From Monocercomonoides exilis PA203 (lineage: Eukaryota; Protista; Preaxostyla), in assembly GCA_001643675.2 (NCBI GenBank), contig LSRY02000033.1:62001-126000 (forward strand): 64,000 nt of DNA, given 5' to 3'. The position numbers were made by a program, and so were the translations under genes. Shown here piece by piece: positions 27,198 to 38,815 of the stretch (position 1 is the stretch's first letter; every line of letters begins with the position of its first letter). The notes beneath the pieces are model-generated. The model had not been told where the DNA came from. It saw only the letters and a program-made list of their open reading frames with translations, and made no database searches.

Positions 27198-27568
27198 CGT
27201 AGCTCTGGAAAGATGTACAACTCGCGAGCAGGACGAAGATAAAAAGAACGTCTTTGAAAAGCACATTTTTTTGTTAAAGAAATGTTGTTTTTTTGCTCCT
27301 TGTTCAAAGTGAGTGTTTAAATCAAAATAATGAAATGACATCCATTTTTTACAAATTTTTAGTTTATTTTAAAAAATAAGCATGAATTGTTTTATTTGAA
27401 CAAAAAAGAAAAGATTGTTCTAATCTTAAACATCTTTTTAATGAAAAATTATATTTCTTATCAAAATGAATCCCAGTGAATTTTCGTTTAAATCAATACA
27501 AAAAAAGTTTGTCCTGTTGATGGAATGATTAAACTCTGTATCTTTCAAAATCTGCTCAAAAAAGCTTA

Positions 27569-28567
27569 GGGTGATTTATAAACCCGAACATTTTCATAAA
27601 CCCGGTTATTTTTTTGTTCGTTGAAACAGAATAAATACAACATAAAAATATAAAAAGCAAACTTTTATATGTTTATTTTACTATTTTATGAAAGAACAAA
27701 ATTATTTTTGTTTCAATTTTAGTTTTTGATGAAGATCTGAAGAATTTTTAATTTATCTTCGATCATTTGTTTTGATAGTTTTTAACCAACTCTCTTTCTT
27801 TGTTTATTTTCAATTATAAGTTCAAGAAACATGCCTAATGAAGTTTTTGTATTCGAAATGTTCTATGTTTTTATCTTTTTTTTCGATTGTTTTTCACATT
27901 TCATCATTTTTGTCAAAAAATATGAAAATATGAAAATTATGAGCTACACAATATTTTTTCGATATTTTAAGTGATGTACATGAAAAGAAAAAGATTTTCA
28001 CAAAGCATTTACAATGTTAAAAATTTGTGAAATGTTGTTGCTCATGAAGCACACATCAATTTTTGAAAATAACAAATATGCTTATTTCATATTAAACAAT
28101 TTTTAAAATGACTAATTATTAAGAATACCAATGCATTATTATCTTATTTTCATGTTATTGTAACATATAAATTGTTATATCAAATAAAAGCATAGATGTT
28201 TTCATATTTTCATATTTTTTGACAAAAATGATGAAATGTGAAAAACAATCGAAAAAAAAGATAAAAACATAGAACATTTCGAATACAAAAACTTCATTAG
28301 GCATGTTTCTTGAACTTATAATTGAAAATAAACAAAGAAAGAGAGTTGGTTAAAAACTAGCAAAACAAATGATCGAAGATAAATTAAAAATTCCTCAGAT
28401 CTTCATCAAAAACTAAAATTGAAACAAAAATAATTTTGTTCTTTCATAAAATAGTAAAATAAACATATAAAAGTTTGCTTTTTATATTTTTATGTTGTAT
28501 TTATTCTGTTTCAACGAACAAAAAAAATAACCGGGTTTATGAAAATGTTCGGGTTTATAAATCACTC
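27569..28567. mobile_element. 999-bp non-autonomous DNA transposon (MITE/foldback) with ~368-bp near-perfect TIRs, flanked by TA
   Basis: 27569-27936 is the reverse complement of 28199-28567 with only a handful of differences. Termini TA|GGGTGATTTATAAACCCG ... CGGGTTTATAAATCACTC|TA. Non-coding 262-bp spacer. Confidence 0.9.
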
Positions 28568-28710
28568 TATAATGATCTCTTTGATTTAATTCATATGTAT
28601 GTCTATTTCTTAATGCTAATAAATCAATAAATAATTCAATTAAGTCAAAAAAATCAATTCAAAACTGAAGATATCTAATCCTTAAACTTTCCTCTTTAAG
28701 AAAAATTCGT

Positions 28711-28711
<1 letters not shown>

Positions 28712-28764
<53 letters not shown>
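28712..28764. repeat. Poly(T) homopolymer (~53 nt)
   Basis: Seen directly; followed by a degenerate T-rich tail. Confidence 0.95.
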
Positions 28765-28769
<5 letters not shown>

Positions 28770-29009
28770 TTATTTCATTTTATTTTATTTTTTTATTTTT
28801 TTTATTTTTATTTTCTTGAAATAAAAAGATTGTGTTAGAAAAACACCAGGCATCGCACAAAACACCGGACAAGATTGATTACTCAATAACTGCAAGAGGA
28901 ATGATTTTGACAGTTTTCCTCAAAATATATCTCATCAATACAAACTCATTTGATATACAAAACTTTTAAATTGCTTTATTTGTACTTAGAAAAAATTATT
29001 ATTGAATTA

Positions 29010-30346
29010 TATCTTAATATATTTAAAAAAGTTCCTTAAGTTTAATTTTCCAACAAAATAAGTATTTCATATTTCAATCATATTTTTATTCCAACTCACC
29101 AACCTTCACCAGAATGGAAATAACAACATTGTCAATCGTTTTTTTTCATGACGGAAAAAATCAATGTATTGGAATGAAAATTTGTTAAAAATTCAGGCAA
29201 AACCGGATATCATCATATTATTCAAAATCACATATGAATGAAATCACATTTTTCAATGTGAAAACATTATTTCTATTTTGTCATTTAATTTTGATCGTGA
29301 ATAATCACAAGTCCAAATATTATTAATCACGTTTTTTTATCACAATGGGTGATATTTTTATTGAAAAACCGTTTTTTTTTTATCAAAATCTTCAAAAGTC
29401 CGCATTTTCAAAAACGTATTTTTATAAGTCTGAACTACACAAAAAAACAAAAAATACAATGTTTTTGATGTTGAAAAATGTATTTTTTGTGAAAATTTTC
29501 TAGAAACTCGAAGAATTAATATCTGCAATTATTTAAATGAATAATGCAAATCATTTTTTAAATGAAAATCGATGTGACATATGTCAAAAATATTTTGAAA
29601 AGTTCCTTTTGTTTAATTTTCAAATAAAGTTTAAATAACATATTTCGATAAAATTTCTGTTACCATTCACGAAAGTTCACTAAAATGGAAATAATGACAT
29701 TGATAAGATTATGTTTTTATGACAGTTGAATTTGGTGTGTGTGAACAGAATTTTGATCGAAATATGAAGTTTTTATTTTATTAGAAAATAAAACAAAAGG
29801 AACTATTCAAAATAATTTTGACATATGATCTCAGAATGACAAAGTCACAAACAGTTGTGCAAAAACCGAAGTGATGACATTCTATTGTTATTGTATTCAA
29901 TTTTTTATTTTACACAAAAACTGAACAATAAAAACTTTTCAAATAAATTGAGATAAATAAACATATTTTATCAGGAATTCACAACTCCACGTTGAATAAG
30001 GAAAGATTCAAAGCGAAAAATGATAAGAAAATAATATGACACATCAAAATTGTATTTTTCACATTTGTAACTTTTCAAAAAATTAAAATTTCTATTATAA
30101 ATAGGTAAATCTTTCAGAAAAGTTGCAAATGTTTTATTTTCAAATAAATCAAAAATTTCATATTTTTATTTCGAATTTTCATTCACACACACGAAACTTC
30201 ACTAATATGGAATCTATTTCTTGATAATGCTATTATCTTTATTCGGGTGAAATTTCGTTAATGGGTGCAGAAAATTGAGCAAAATGTGAAATTTTTGATT
30301 TATTTAAAATTTCAACATTTGCTATTTTTCAAAAAGAATTACCCTA
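29010..30346. repeat. Three diverged, similarly oriented ~230-250 bp imperfect hairpin units (~29010-29236, ~29578-29827, ~30102-30346)
   Basis: Shared left-arm motif AAAAGTT..TT(A/T)ATTTTC and shared core TTCAC(C/T)A(A/G)(A/T)ATGGAA at 29105, 29676 and 30198. Unit 2 arms: CATATGTCAAAAATATTTTGAAAAGTTCCTTTTGTTT / AAACAAAAGGAACTATTCAAAATAATTTTGACATATG. Unit 3 arms: TAGGTAAATCTTT..AAATAAATCAAAAATTTCA / TGAAATTTTTGATTTATTT..AAAGAATTACCCTA. Confidence 0.65.
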
Positions 30347-30897
30347 ATTTTTTCTTTGGGTGATTATTTTTGGATTTATATTTTTCCATTCTAAAATTTC
30401 TGTTACAACATTCGCTTTGAAATATTGATTAACGAACACTGAAAAGTCATAACTTATTTCAAAGATAATTTTATCTTGATATTCTCTCACGCTTTGATTT
30501 AAGAAACAATTATTTTATTTTTTCTTTTTGAATGTATTTTACCTCATCACAGAAATAAAACGTTAAAAGAATCGACACTCCGAAAAAAGTTATGATTTCA
30601 AAAACAATCTCCCAATTTCAAATAAATAACTTATTATTTTTGTCAATCAAAACATAACAAAAAGCAATTTTGTAAAAAAAAAGGTATTCAATATTCAAAA
30701 TGTTTTAAAAGTCTGAAGCAAAAACCGTTTTAGAATAATTATTACACTTGTGATTTTTGATTTGAAAAAAAGTGATTTCTTTTTTCTTTCTTTCTTTCCT
30801 TTTTTTTTCTGATTCAAAAAGCACAAAAAATAAAGAATGACAAATTACGCATCAAAATTTCAATAAAACGAAATGTGGAAATACGTTTCCATCTGTC

Positions 30898-31718
30898 ACA
30901 CCAAAAAAATTTTAATTCGTGAAAAAAAATTCATTTCAGCAAATTAATAATTCGAATTCGAAATTTATTAATTCGATTTCGAAAAAGAATAATTCAATTT
31001 CGAAGATGAATATTTTTTTGATTTGTGGAATGAATAACTTGTGTTTTTGGTTTTGAATTCTCATTATTTTTATTCCATCAGTAAACTTAATTAATATTTG
31101 AAATATGACGCATTATCTTAGAAAATATTTCATTCGTTTTGATTGAAAATATTTTTATGTGAAGTTTTTTTGAAAAGAAAATGAATTTGTTTTTATATTA
31201 AAAATTGATGCTTTTCTCGTTATTCCCAAAAAAAACGAAATATTGATTAGGGAAAATAATTCTTGTTATTTGTTATTCATTAATGTGATTGATTATTCAC
31301 TATTTTAATTAGGTTATTCAAAATTGTGAATATTTATTATATTTTTTTCATCAAAGTGATGATTTTCGAAAAAGTAAAAAAAAAAATTACAAAAAATTAA
31401 TTTATAGATTGTTTCTGTCAAAAAACAGTTTTCTTTGAGTTATAATATTTGATTGGTTTAATAATAACTTGAAATTTTCTGAAATCCGTTCTCGAGAAAA
31501 ATTAAAAATTTTAATTTTAAATGTATTTCGAAATAGAAATATTATTTTTCGATATTGATTTATTCTTTTTCAAAAATCAAATTAATAAATTATGAATTCG
31601 AATTATAAATTCCGAAATCAAATTATTTTTTTTCTAAATAGAAATATTAATTCCGAATTTGAATTTTTAATTATCGAAAATGAATTTTTTTTTTCCGAAT
31701 AAAAATTATTTTTGGTGT
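30898..31718. mobile_element. Older ~820-bp MITE-like element with diverged TIRs of >=110 bp
   Basis: Left ACACCAAAAAAATTTTAATTCGTGAAAAAAAATTCATTT matches the reverse complement of right AAATGAATTTTTTTTTTCCGAATAAAAATTATTTTTGGTGT. Arms are rich in TTCGAA-like subrepeats. No clear target-site duplication (TSD). Confidence 0.6.
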
Positions 31719-32042
31719 ATTTTTTTCATTTCTTCTTCACTCTTGAAAACAAATTCGTTCATCAGTCACTTCCTCACGAAGTTTGTCTTTATCTCAAAAA
31801 AATATATATACAAAAAATGATTTTATAGATTCAATTCAATGTATATTCAAAATGTTAGAAAAAAGGAATTTTTTATTGATGTCATGTCATTTTTCATTAA
31901 GGTTAAAGATCTTACAATTTCATCTTTTTTTTGCATATCCTCACGAAAGCATTGAAATGAATGTGTAGCTGTTGCGCTTAATTTGAATTTCATTTTTATT
32001 ATGACTGATTTTTGAAAAATTTTGTGGGATTGTTCGAATTAG

Positions 32043-35000
32043 ATTTTGAAATGCTTGACTGTGGGTGTTGCAGAGACATATAACACATATTCTCACACAA
32101 AGAGCTTTGGAGTCATGAGAAAAAATCAAGGAGCGATTTTGACGGATCCGTGCGAAGGAGTCTGGAATGGAGGGAAAGACAATGCTGAAGGTGATTTCAT
32201 TTTGAAAGTGGGAGATATTATTTCAGACCAAAACATGAAGAATGAGAAAGGACTGAAGCACTTTGTTGTTGAAGAATTGATGCAAAAAGATTCGATGGGG
32301 CAGCTTTTGCGATGCATTTGCATCGAGAATTTTGAAACATTTGCAGTGAAAGTGTTTACTGCTCTAACGGATAGGGCACAGAAAATAGCACTGATGAGCA
32401 AAATACTTGACGAAGTTTGATATTGCTAATTTTTTGGTTTCTTTGTTTGTGATTAAAGGAATTTTTGCTTTTGTGTTTTGAAGATTAGAGAAAACGATCC
32501 ATTGAACTGCCATGGGATGGTCAGGATCGAAAAAAAGTTCTATTTCCACGAGCACTTATGCATTGTGATGCAGATGCATCGAGTGAACTTAAGAGTGTAT
32601 TCTTGCAACAGCGCAAACCCCAAGATTTTAGATAATATTTCAAGGGTACAACAATATGAGCTCTCATTTGCTTAATCAATTTCAATTCTATTCTATTCTT
32701 TCTTTCTTTTCCTTTATTTACTTCTTTCTTTCTTTTTTGAAATTATTTAATTATAACATGAAGCTGATTGGAAGCATTGTTGATAGCCTTGTTTATTTGC
32801 ATAGATTGGGCATTGTTCTCTGTAACCTTACCACAGAAACAGTTGTCTTTGATGAGTTTGCCATGAATTACTTATAAGATATTTTTTACGATTTTATTAT
32901 TGCAAATAATGAATGCGATTCGACATCTTGCATGTTTTTCATGCTGCGCTCTGTTCTTTAAAACTTCATTTATTCTTTTATTATTTCCGAAAGATGTTCT
33001 TGCTGTTTGAGAATAAGCAATTTTGAAGATGCAGTCTATGAACAGCAGCAAAATCACGGCTTATCACAGGACATCTGCTGCAAGTCACCAGAATCGATCC
33101 TTGGGCTTCCGTATGCTGTTATTTGTTCTATTTCACCAATCTTAAATTAGAAATATTGCTTTTATTGTAAAAATTGATGTTATTGTTATCTTTTGTAATC
33201 GGTGCATCAATTGATGCTCCAATTAACATTTGAACCAAAATTATTTTTTTATGACTTTTGTGACGTCTGACATTATTTACAGTGCATCGTTCATGATGGA
33301 TATGTGGAGTGTTGGGTGCATTGCAGCTGAGCTGTTTTTGGGCAGACCACTTTTCTCAGAAACAAATGACTGTGATCTTTTTACGAGGCAAACAAATCTC
33401 ATGGGGTGTGCTGGAATCTTGTTCTGTTGATGTGCTGCTTAACTCAACATTATTCCATTTGTTTCTATTTTCCTTGTAATGTTTGCTTTGTGAATGAACA
33501 CAAAAATCATTTAATAAATAATCCATATTAATTTTAAAATTGCAAATGGATCTGCAAACTATTTATCCTATAGTCCTCTTAGCCCCAAACTTCTTGATGC
33601 AGTGAAAATGTCAAATGATTGTGGAGAGGCAATTAAACGCAAGTTGGCTGCTGTTTCACGCGAGCAGAATCAAAAGGTTTCTATTTATTGAGCTATCTTT
33701 AGTTTTTGAAATTCTATTTATTTCATTAAAACTACATGCCTTTATATATTTTCTTATTAAATGAAATATATTTTACTTTTCATTTAATTTTGGCAAAATT
33801 TCTGCATTTTTGGATCATCATTGCATTTCCGCGATGTGCTGTGTTTGTTCAATGCAAACATCAATCGTTTTACAAAAGGCGGACAAAAACCACGAAAATG
33901 GCAAATTGCTGGAAATGATGTTTTTTGAGCACTTTGAGCTCTTGAAGAGGGAAAAGGGACTAAATTTGTCCAAAGAGAGTATGCCGCAGGTGTAAATGAG
34001 TGAGCAAGTTTCGTGATGCTCCAGAAGCCAAAGAAATTTATATATGATGAGCTGAAAAAAATACTGTTAATGAGAGATAAGTGCTTTATATAGTGTTTTT
34101 CTTTTGTTTTTATTTTGCGATCACAATTTCGTTCAGCTTTAAAGTTGTTGGTTTTATGTGTTATTTTGAAGCAAATAAGTCATTTTTAATTTTCCAATTT
34201 TTTATTCTCTCATCCTCCATCGTTCATTTGTTATTCTATTCTTCTATTTCTTCTTTTTCAGAATTTCTGTCTTTTTTCCACTTTGTGTTCGGATGCTTGC
34301 AACTTGATCCTTCAGAACGTCTTACTCCTCATCAGGCATCTTTTCATCCGTTTCTCACTGGCAGTCCATTCTCTGCGCGATGGAAGCGCTGCTCTTCTCT
34401 TTCACAAGAGATGCTCAACAAAATCAGATCCCTTCCAATTGAGATTCCAGAACTGCAAGGAATACCATGCAGTGCCATGCTGTCAATCAGCAGAGATCCT
34501 ATTCCGAGGAAAGAGAAAAAGAAAAAAGTGATTCAATTTCCGTACACAGAGAAGGATAGACATTTCATGTCCTCATGCAGCGGACAAGGTGAAGATACAG
34601 CAGAAGAAAAACAGAAAAACAACGAACTTTTAAAGGAAGATGATTCATTGCCTAGCTTTTGTTGTGCAAACACTGATTTTTTGAAGGAGAGAACATTTGC
34701 GGCATCAGAGAAAGGAAGTATTTTCACATCTTCGACTGTTCCGTCAGTTCCTAACATCACTTTGCTATCATCGATTAAGAACGACATTATCACATCAACG
34801 CCTCCTTTGATTTCTCCTTCATTCTTTCGCAAAGCAGTTGTGCTTCTCTCTTCTTTTGGATGCCACGCAGAAGCCGAGGAATCTCCTTCATGTTCTTCTC
34901 TTTCTTCAGATTCTTCATTTGATTCTTTGTCTTCTGTTCAACTTTGCATTACAACTCCCTCTCCTTATGTTCAGCCGTCTTCTCCAACTTCATCATCTCT

Positions 35001-37908
35001 TTTGCCATCATCCATCGCACTCAAGATACCAACACATTCCGCAACACTTTCACCATCTCTGAAAACATCACAGTCAGCATCGCCACCCCCAGCATCTCCA
35101 TTTATCCATCCGTCTTCTTTCCCCTCATTTCCATCTTTTTTGTCTTCACCTTCTATTCATCTGCACTCTTCGTCAATATCTCCATTATTCAAACCATCTT
35201 CGCCATCATCATCACTTTACGGTTCTACTTTCCCTTTAACAATACCTCAACTTCGATCACAGCCTCAGCCTGCTTCGCCTTCATTTTCGCAACCATCCTT
35301 TCAATCTGCTTCGTCAATAGCTTCATCATCATCTTCTTCATCATATCTTAATTCTCATTCGCTTCGATCTGTAATTTCCTCAAAGCCCGATTGGCTGCGT
35401 GAGTGCAAGCCATCTTTGCTACCCAAACTGTTTGCTCCGTTTCCTCCTCCGGTAAAGATAGCGCCTCATCTTTGCTGCACTGCTGCTACTTACTCCGCCC
35501 TGCAGTCAGAAGGCTGTGTTGATTGCCCATCAATTTCATCACCTTCATCTGTTGGAATGGTAAATTGTGAAGATTCTTCTTCTATTTCGCTGCCGTTAGA
35601 TTTTTCTCTTTCTGGTGCAATTTCGTCAATTGATCAACTGTCTCAACAGCAACACATTGTGTTTGAATGCCCAACATTCAAAGATATCGATGCGCTGGCC
35701 AAAGACAACAGTTTTGCTGAAATGGCAGTTGAATTCGATGAGCAAAAGGAGCTTGAGTCTTTTGCATTGAGAGAATTTGATTTGTCGAAAGGTTGTTGCA
35801 GTGAAGATGTTGAAAGTGAAGGAGAAAGAGAAAAAGATGACGAAATGAAAAGGAGTAAAGAAGAAAGACGAGACGAGAAGGAAAGAGAAAAGATAAACTC
35901 AGAATATTCAGTTAGACTAAAATCAAAAACGACGGGAAAGATAACAGGGAAAGGGAAAGAAGAAGTTAAGGATTACGCAAAAGAAAGAGAATACGAAAAA
36001 ATAAAGGAGCAGAAAAAAGAGAAAGAGAAAGAGAAATTGATTGCAAAAAACATCAAAAAAGAAGAAATACAAGAAGAGAAAGAAGAGAAAAAGGAAAGAG
36101 AGAAAGAGAAAAGCAAAGAAAAAATTTACAGAAAAAAAGAAATGATGAAAGAAGAGAAAGATATTGGTGCTTGCATGTCTTTTGCTCCAATTGAAACATT
36201 CAAAACATCAAAAGCCAGAAAGCAATTTGCGAAAAAGCTTTCAGCAAAAGAAAAGGAAAAGGAAAGAAAAAGAAAATCAACTTTGGCGAATGAAAAGGTT
36301 GTAACGAAAGGACTCAGTCCAAATGTCAATTTGCTCAGCTTTGAATCGGTGGAAGCTGTTTCTGGCTTCCAAGATATTCTCTCTCCTCTCATTTATCCAT
36401 CTGCACCGGGGGCTTGTTCTTCCTCTTCACCTTCAGACAATTCTTTCTATTCTGCATCTGCATCTGCATCTACATCTGCATCTACGTCTGCCTCTTCTTC
36501 TTTCCTCCATCATGATTCTGGCAGTAACAGATTATCACCCCACACAATTCCTTCTGTTTTTGGCTTGCACAGTGAAACATCTTCGTCTCAGCCAAAGCAG
36601 CCTTCTTTATTTTCATTGGCCCCTTCCTCCTCCTCTTCTTCTTCTCGTTCTTCAGACTTTTCAGCTGCGATATCTTCAAAATTGCATCCTTCATTGGATT
36701 CTTTGTTGTCAGGACGTTTAATCCCTCATTCTGACAGAGCATTGTTTTTGGAGGGGTGCAAAAGTTTGTCTATTCTGCAACGCAGTAAGTCTGCAGCTGA
36801 AGCCTCTCCTCTTTTATCCTCTGCTCCTCCTCCTTCAACAACTATTCAAATGTCTTCGCCCTCTTCTCCTTCCTCCACTTCACCTTCTTCTCCTTCCTTT
36901 CCATCGTCGCCTTCTTTTCCATCTCCTTCTTCTTCTGCTGCTCATTCTCAGGGCCATTCTCCTTCTCCTTCTTCGCTTTCTTCATCTTATCCATCTTCTC
37001 TTCGATCTTCAGACTCATCGAAACGTGTGGTGTGCGTTCACAAAATTCACACTTTTCCGCACTCACCAGAAATTCCGTTCTCAGATGAATCAACACCTCC
37101 TTTGCGCATCAAAAGTGACTGCTCTTTGACACCTTCAAACGAACAGTTGACTCGACAAGCATCTAACAGCGATACGAAACAACAAAAAGGAATACCATCA
37201 ACACGCGAATGTGCATGTGAAGAACACATTTCTTTGAATCATTTGATCCCTCTTCAAACGACTGAAACTGCTGGGCTGATTGACGATAACTTGGATTCTA
37301 TCGAATATGAAAAGAATGATCCAACAGAAGAGGAGGCAGCAAATGCAGAGAACACTTCATTGCAATCTGACGTTTTATATTCATTGGCTGATGGATCTCT
37401 ATCGCTGCGTCCAGACAGCTGCGTTGAAATGAGCGATTCCTTTGATTTACCAGCTGCTGGAATGTTAATGAAACATACAACAAACCAATTGATTCTAAAA
37501 GCAGATGAAGCTCCTTGTTCAAATAGCATTTCATCAGACACATTTGCTTCAGAAAAGCGCGAATGCGAATTGAATCCCACCCAGTCTCAATCTGTGCTTT
37601 CATCGAGTCATCTTCAACCTTCTTCGTCTCCTTCTTTGTTGTTATTTTCTCCATTGACTATTCCTTCGTCAGGCATTGGCTGTTTGGAACAATCTGAATC
37701 AAAGATCGGGATGCCACAGTTGCTGCTTGCACCTTCTTTCACCCAGAAATCTGCTTTGCCTGCATCTGACATTCATTTGGACTCTTCACTTCCTTCTTCT
37801 TCGCGTTCTTTGTCCAAAAGCAATAAGGGCAGCTCTAATAGTTGTTGTCTGAAACCAAAGAAGACACATTTGGAGAAGGAAGATATACACAACAAACAGA
37901 AAACGTGA
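32043..37908 (+). CDS. YAK1/DYRK-family (CMGC) kinase-like protein, probable pseudokinase, multi-exon, with a long Ser/Pro- and Lys/Glu-rich C-terminal tail; true start probably in a micro-exon just upstream (candidate ATG 31957)
   Basis: YAK1-type pre-kinase segment LTVGVAETYN...LTDPCEGVWNGGKDNAEGDFILKVGDII; FAVKV; FYFHEHLCIV; SPESILGLP; DMWSVGCIAAELFLGRPLF; CLQLDPSERLTPHQASFHPFLTG. GT-AG introns such as 32415-32483 and 32646-32763. Stop at 37908. Confidence 0.85.
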
Positions 37909-38815
37909 AGGTCTGTTTGATATTTGATGAATGACAAGAAGGAGTAATTTTTTTAACACAGCACGCATTCAAATTTGTAACCTTTAAGTTGTGGTTATTT
38001 TTCAGTATTGGCTTTATTTGCGTCCTCACAAATTCCAGATTAAAATTTCTTTTTGGAAAAGCGAATGTTTAATAACTTCTATGATTTCGACAAAAATACG
38101 CGCCATTTTATATTTTGAGCGCAGTTCGAATCGAACCATTTGTTTTATGACTGAAGTATTTTTATTTGACTATGTTGTGATATCAATTGAATGTCAGAGT
38201 GGCATTTAATCAATAAATGCTTTTCTGATTCATTTTTTCCATTTATTAGAAAAAAAAGAAAGTATTCAGACTTTTTGATGTGTTATTTGATGAAAATAAT
38301 TAGTTGTCTTATCGGTATTTTAGCTTTTTCAGTTTTGTGTTCATTTCGCGTGTTTATTTATTAATATCAGTTTCTTTAACTTTTTTGTTTGTTCAACAAA
38401 GAATAGATTTTTTTTGCACTTGAATAACATTTAAAAAAGAAAAATGTTTAAAGTCCTTCAGTTCAACAATTTTTAAAGAAATCAGGAAATCATTTGTCTG
38501 GAAAAAAATAGATTTGAAAAAGTGAGTAAAAAATGAAAGAACCTTCAGAGGAATGAAGATTTCGAATCTTCAATTTCATCAATGAATAATCTTTGTTCTT
38601 GATTCTGTAATTCTTATTTTTCTATTTGGAGATCTTTTTTCCAATTAGCTACGTAGAATCGCCTTTTTCAATTTTTTTTTTGCTGTATTCACAATATTTG
38701 CATATACAATTTTGACTATGAATTTAGTATCATGGCTTTTCGAACCCTGTTCAATTTCTCGCATTTAAAAATTTAAACTATTCTTCGACGAATGTTGAAC
38801 TTTTGTTAATTTAAT

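Noticed and set aside
27560-28576. Mutator-type 9-bp target-site duplication for the MITE
   Set aside because: The flanks AAAAGCTTA and TATAATGAT do not match beyond the TA adjacent to each end.
28712-28830. Poly(T) tract as the tail of a retroposed SINE/LINE
   Set aside because: No TSD, reverse transcriptase remnant or Pol III box recognised next to it.
29010-30346. CRISPR-like array
   Set aside because: Units are ~250 bp, diverged and only three in number; no cas genes; eukaryotic context.
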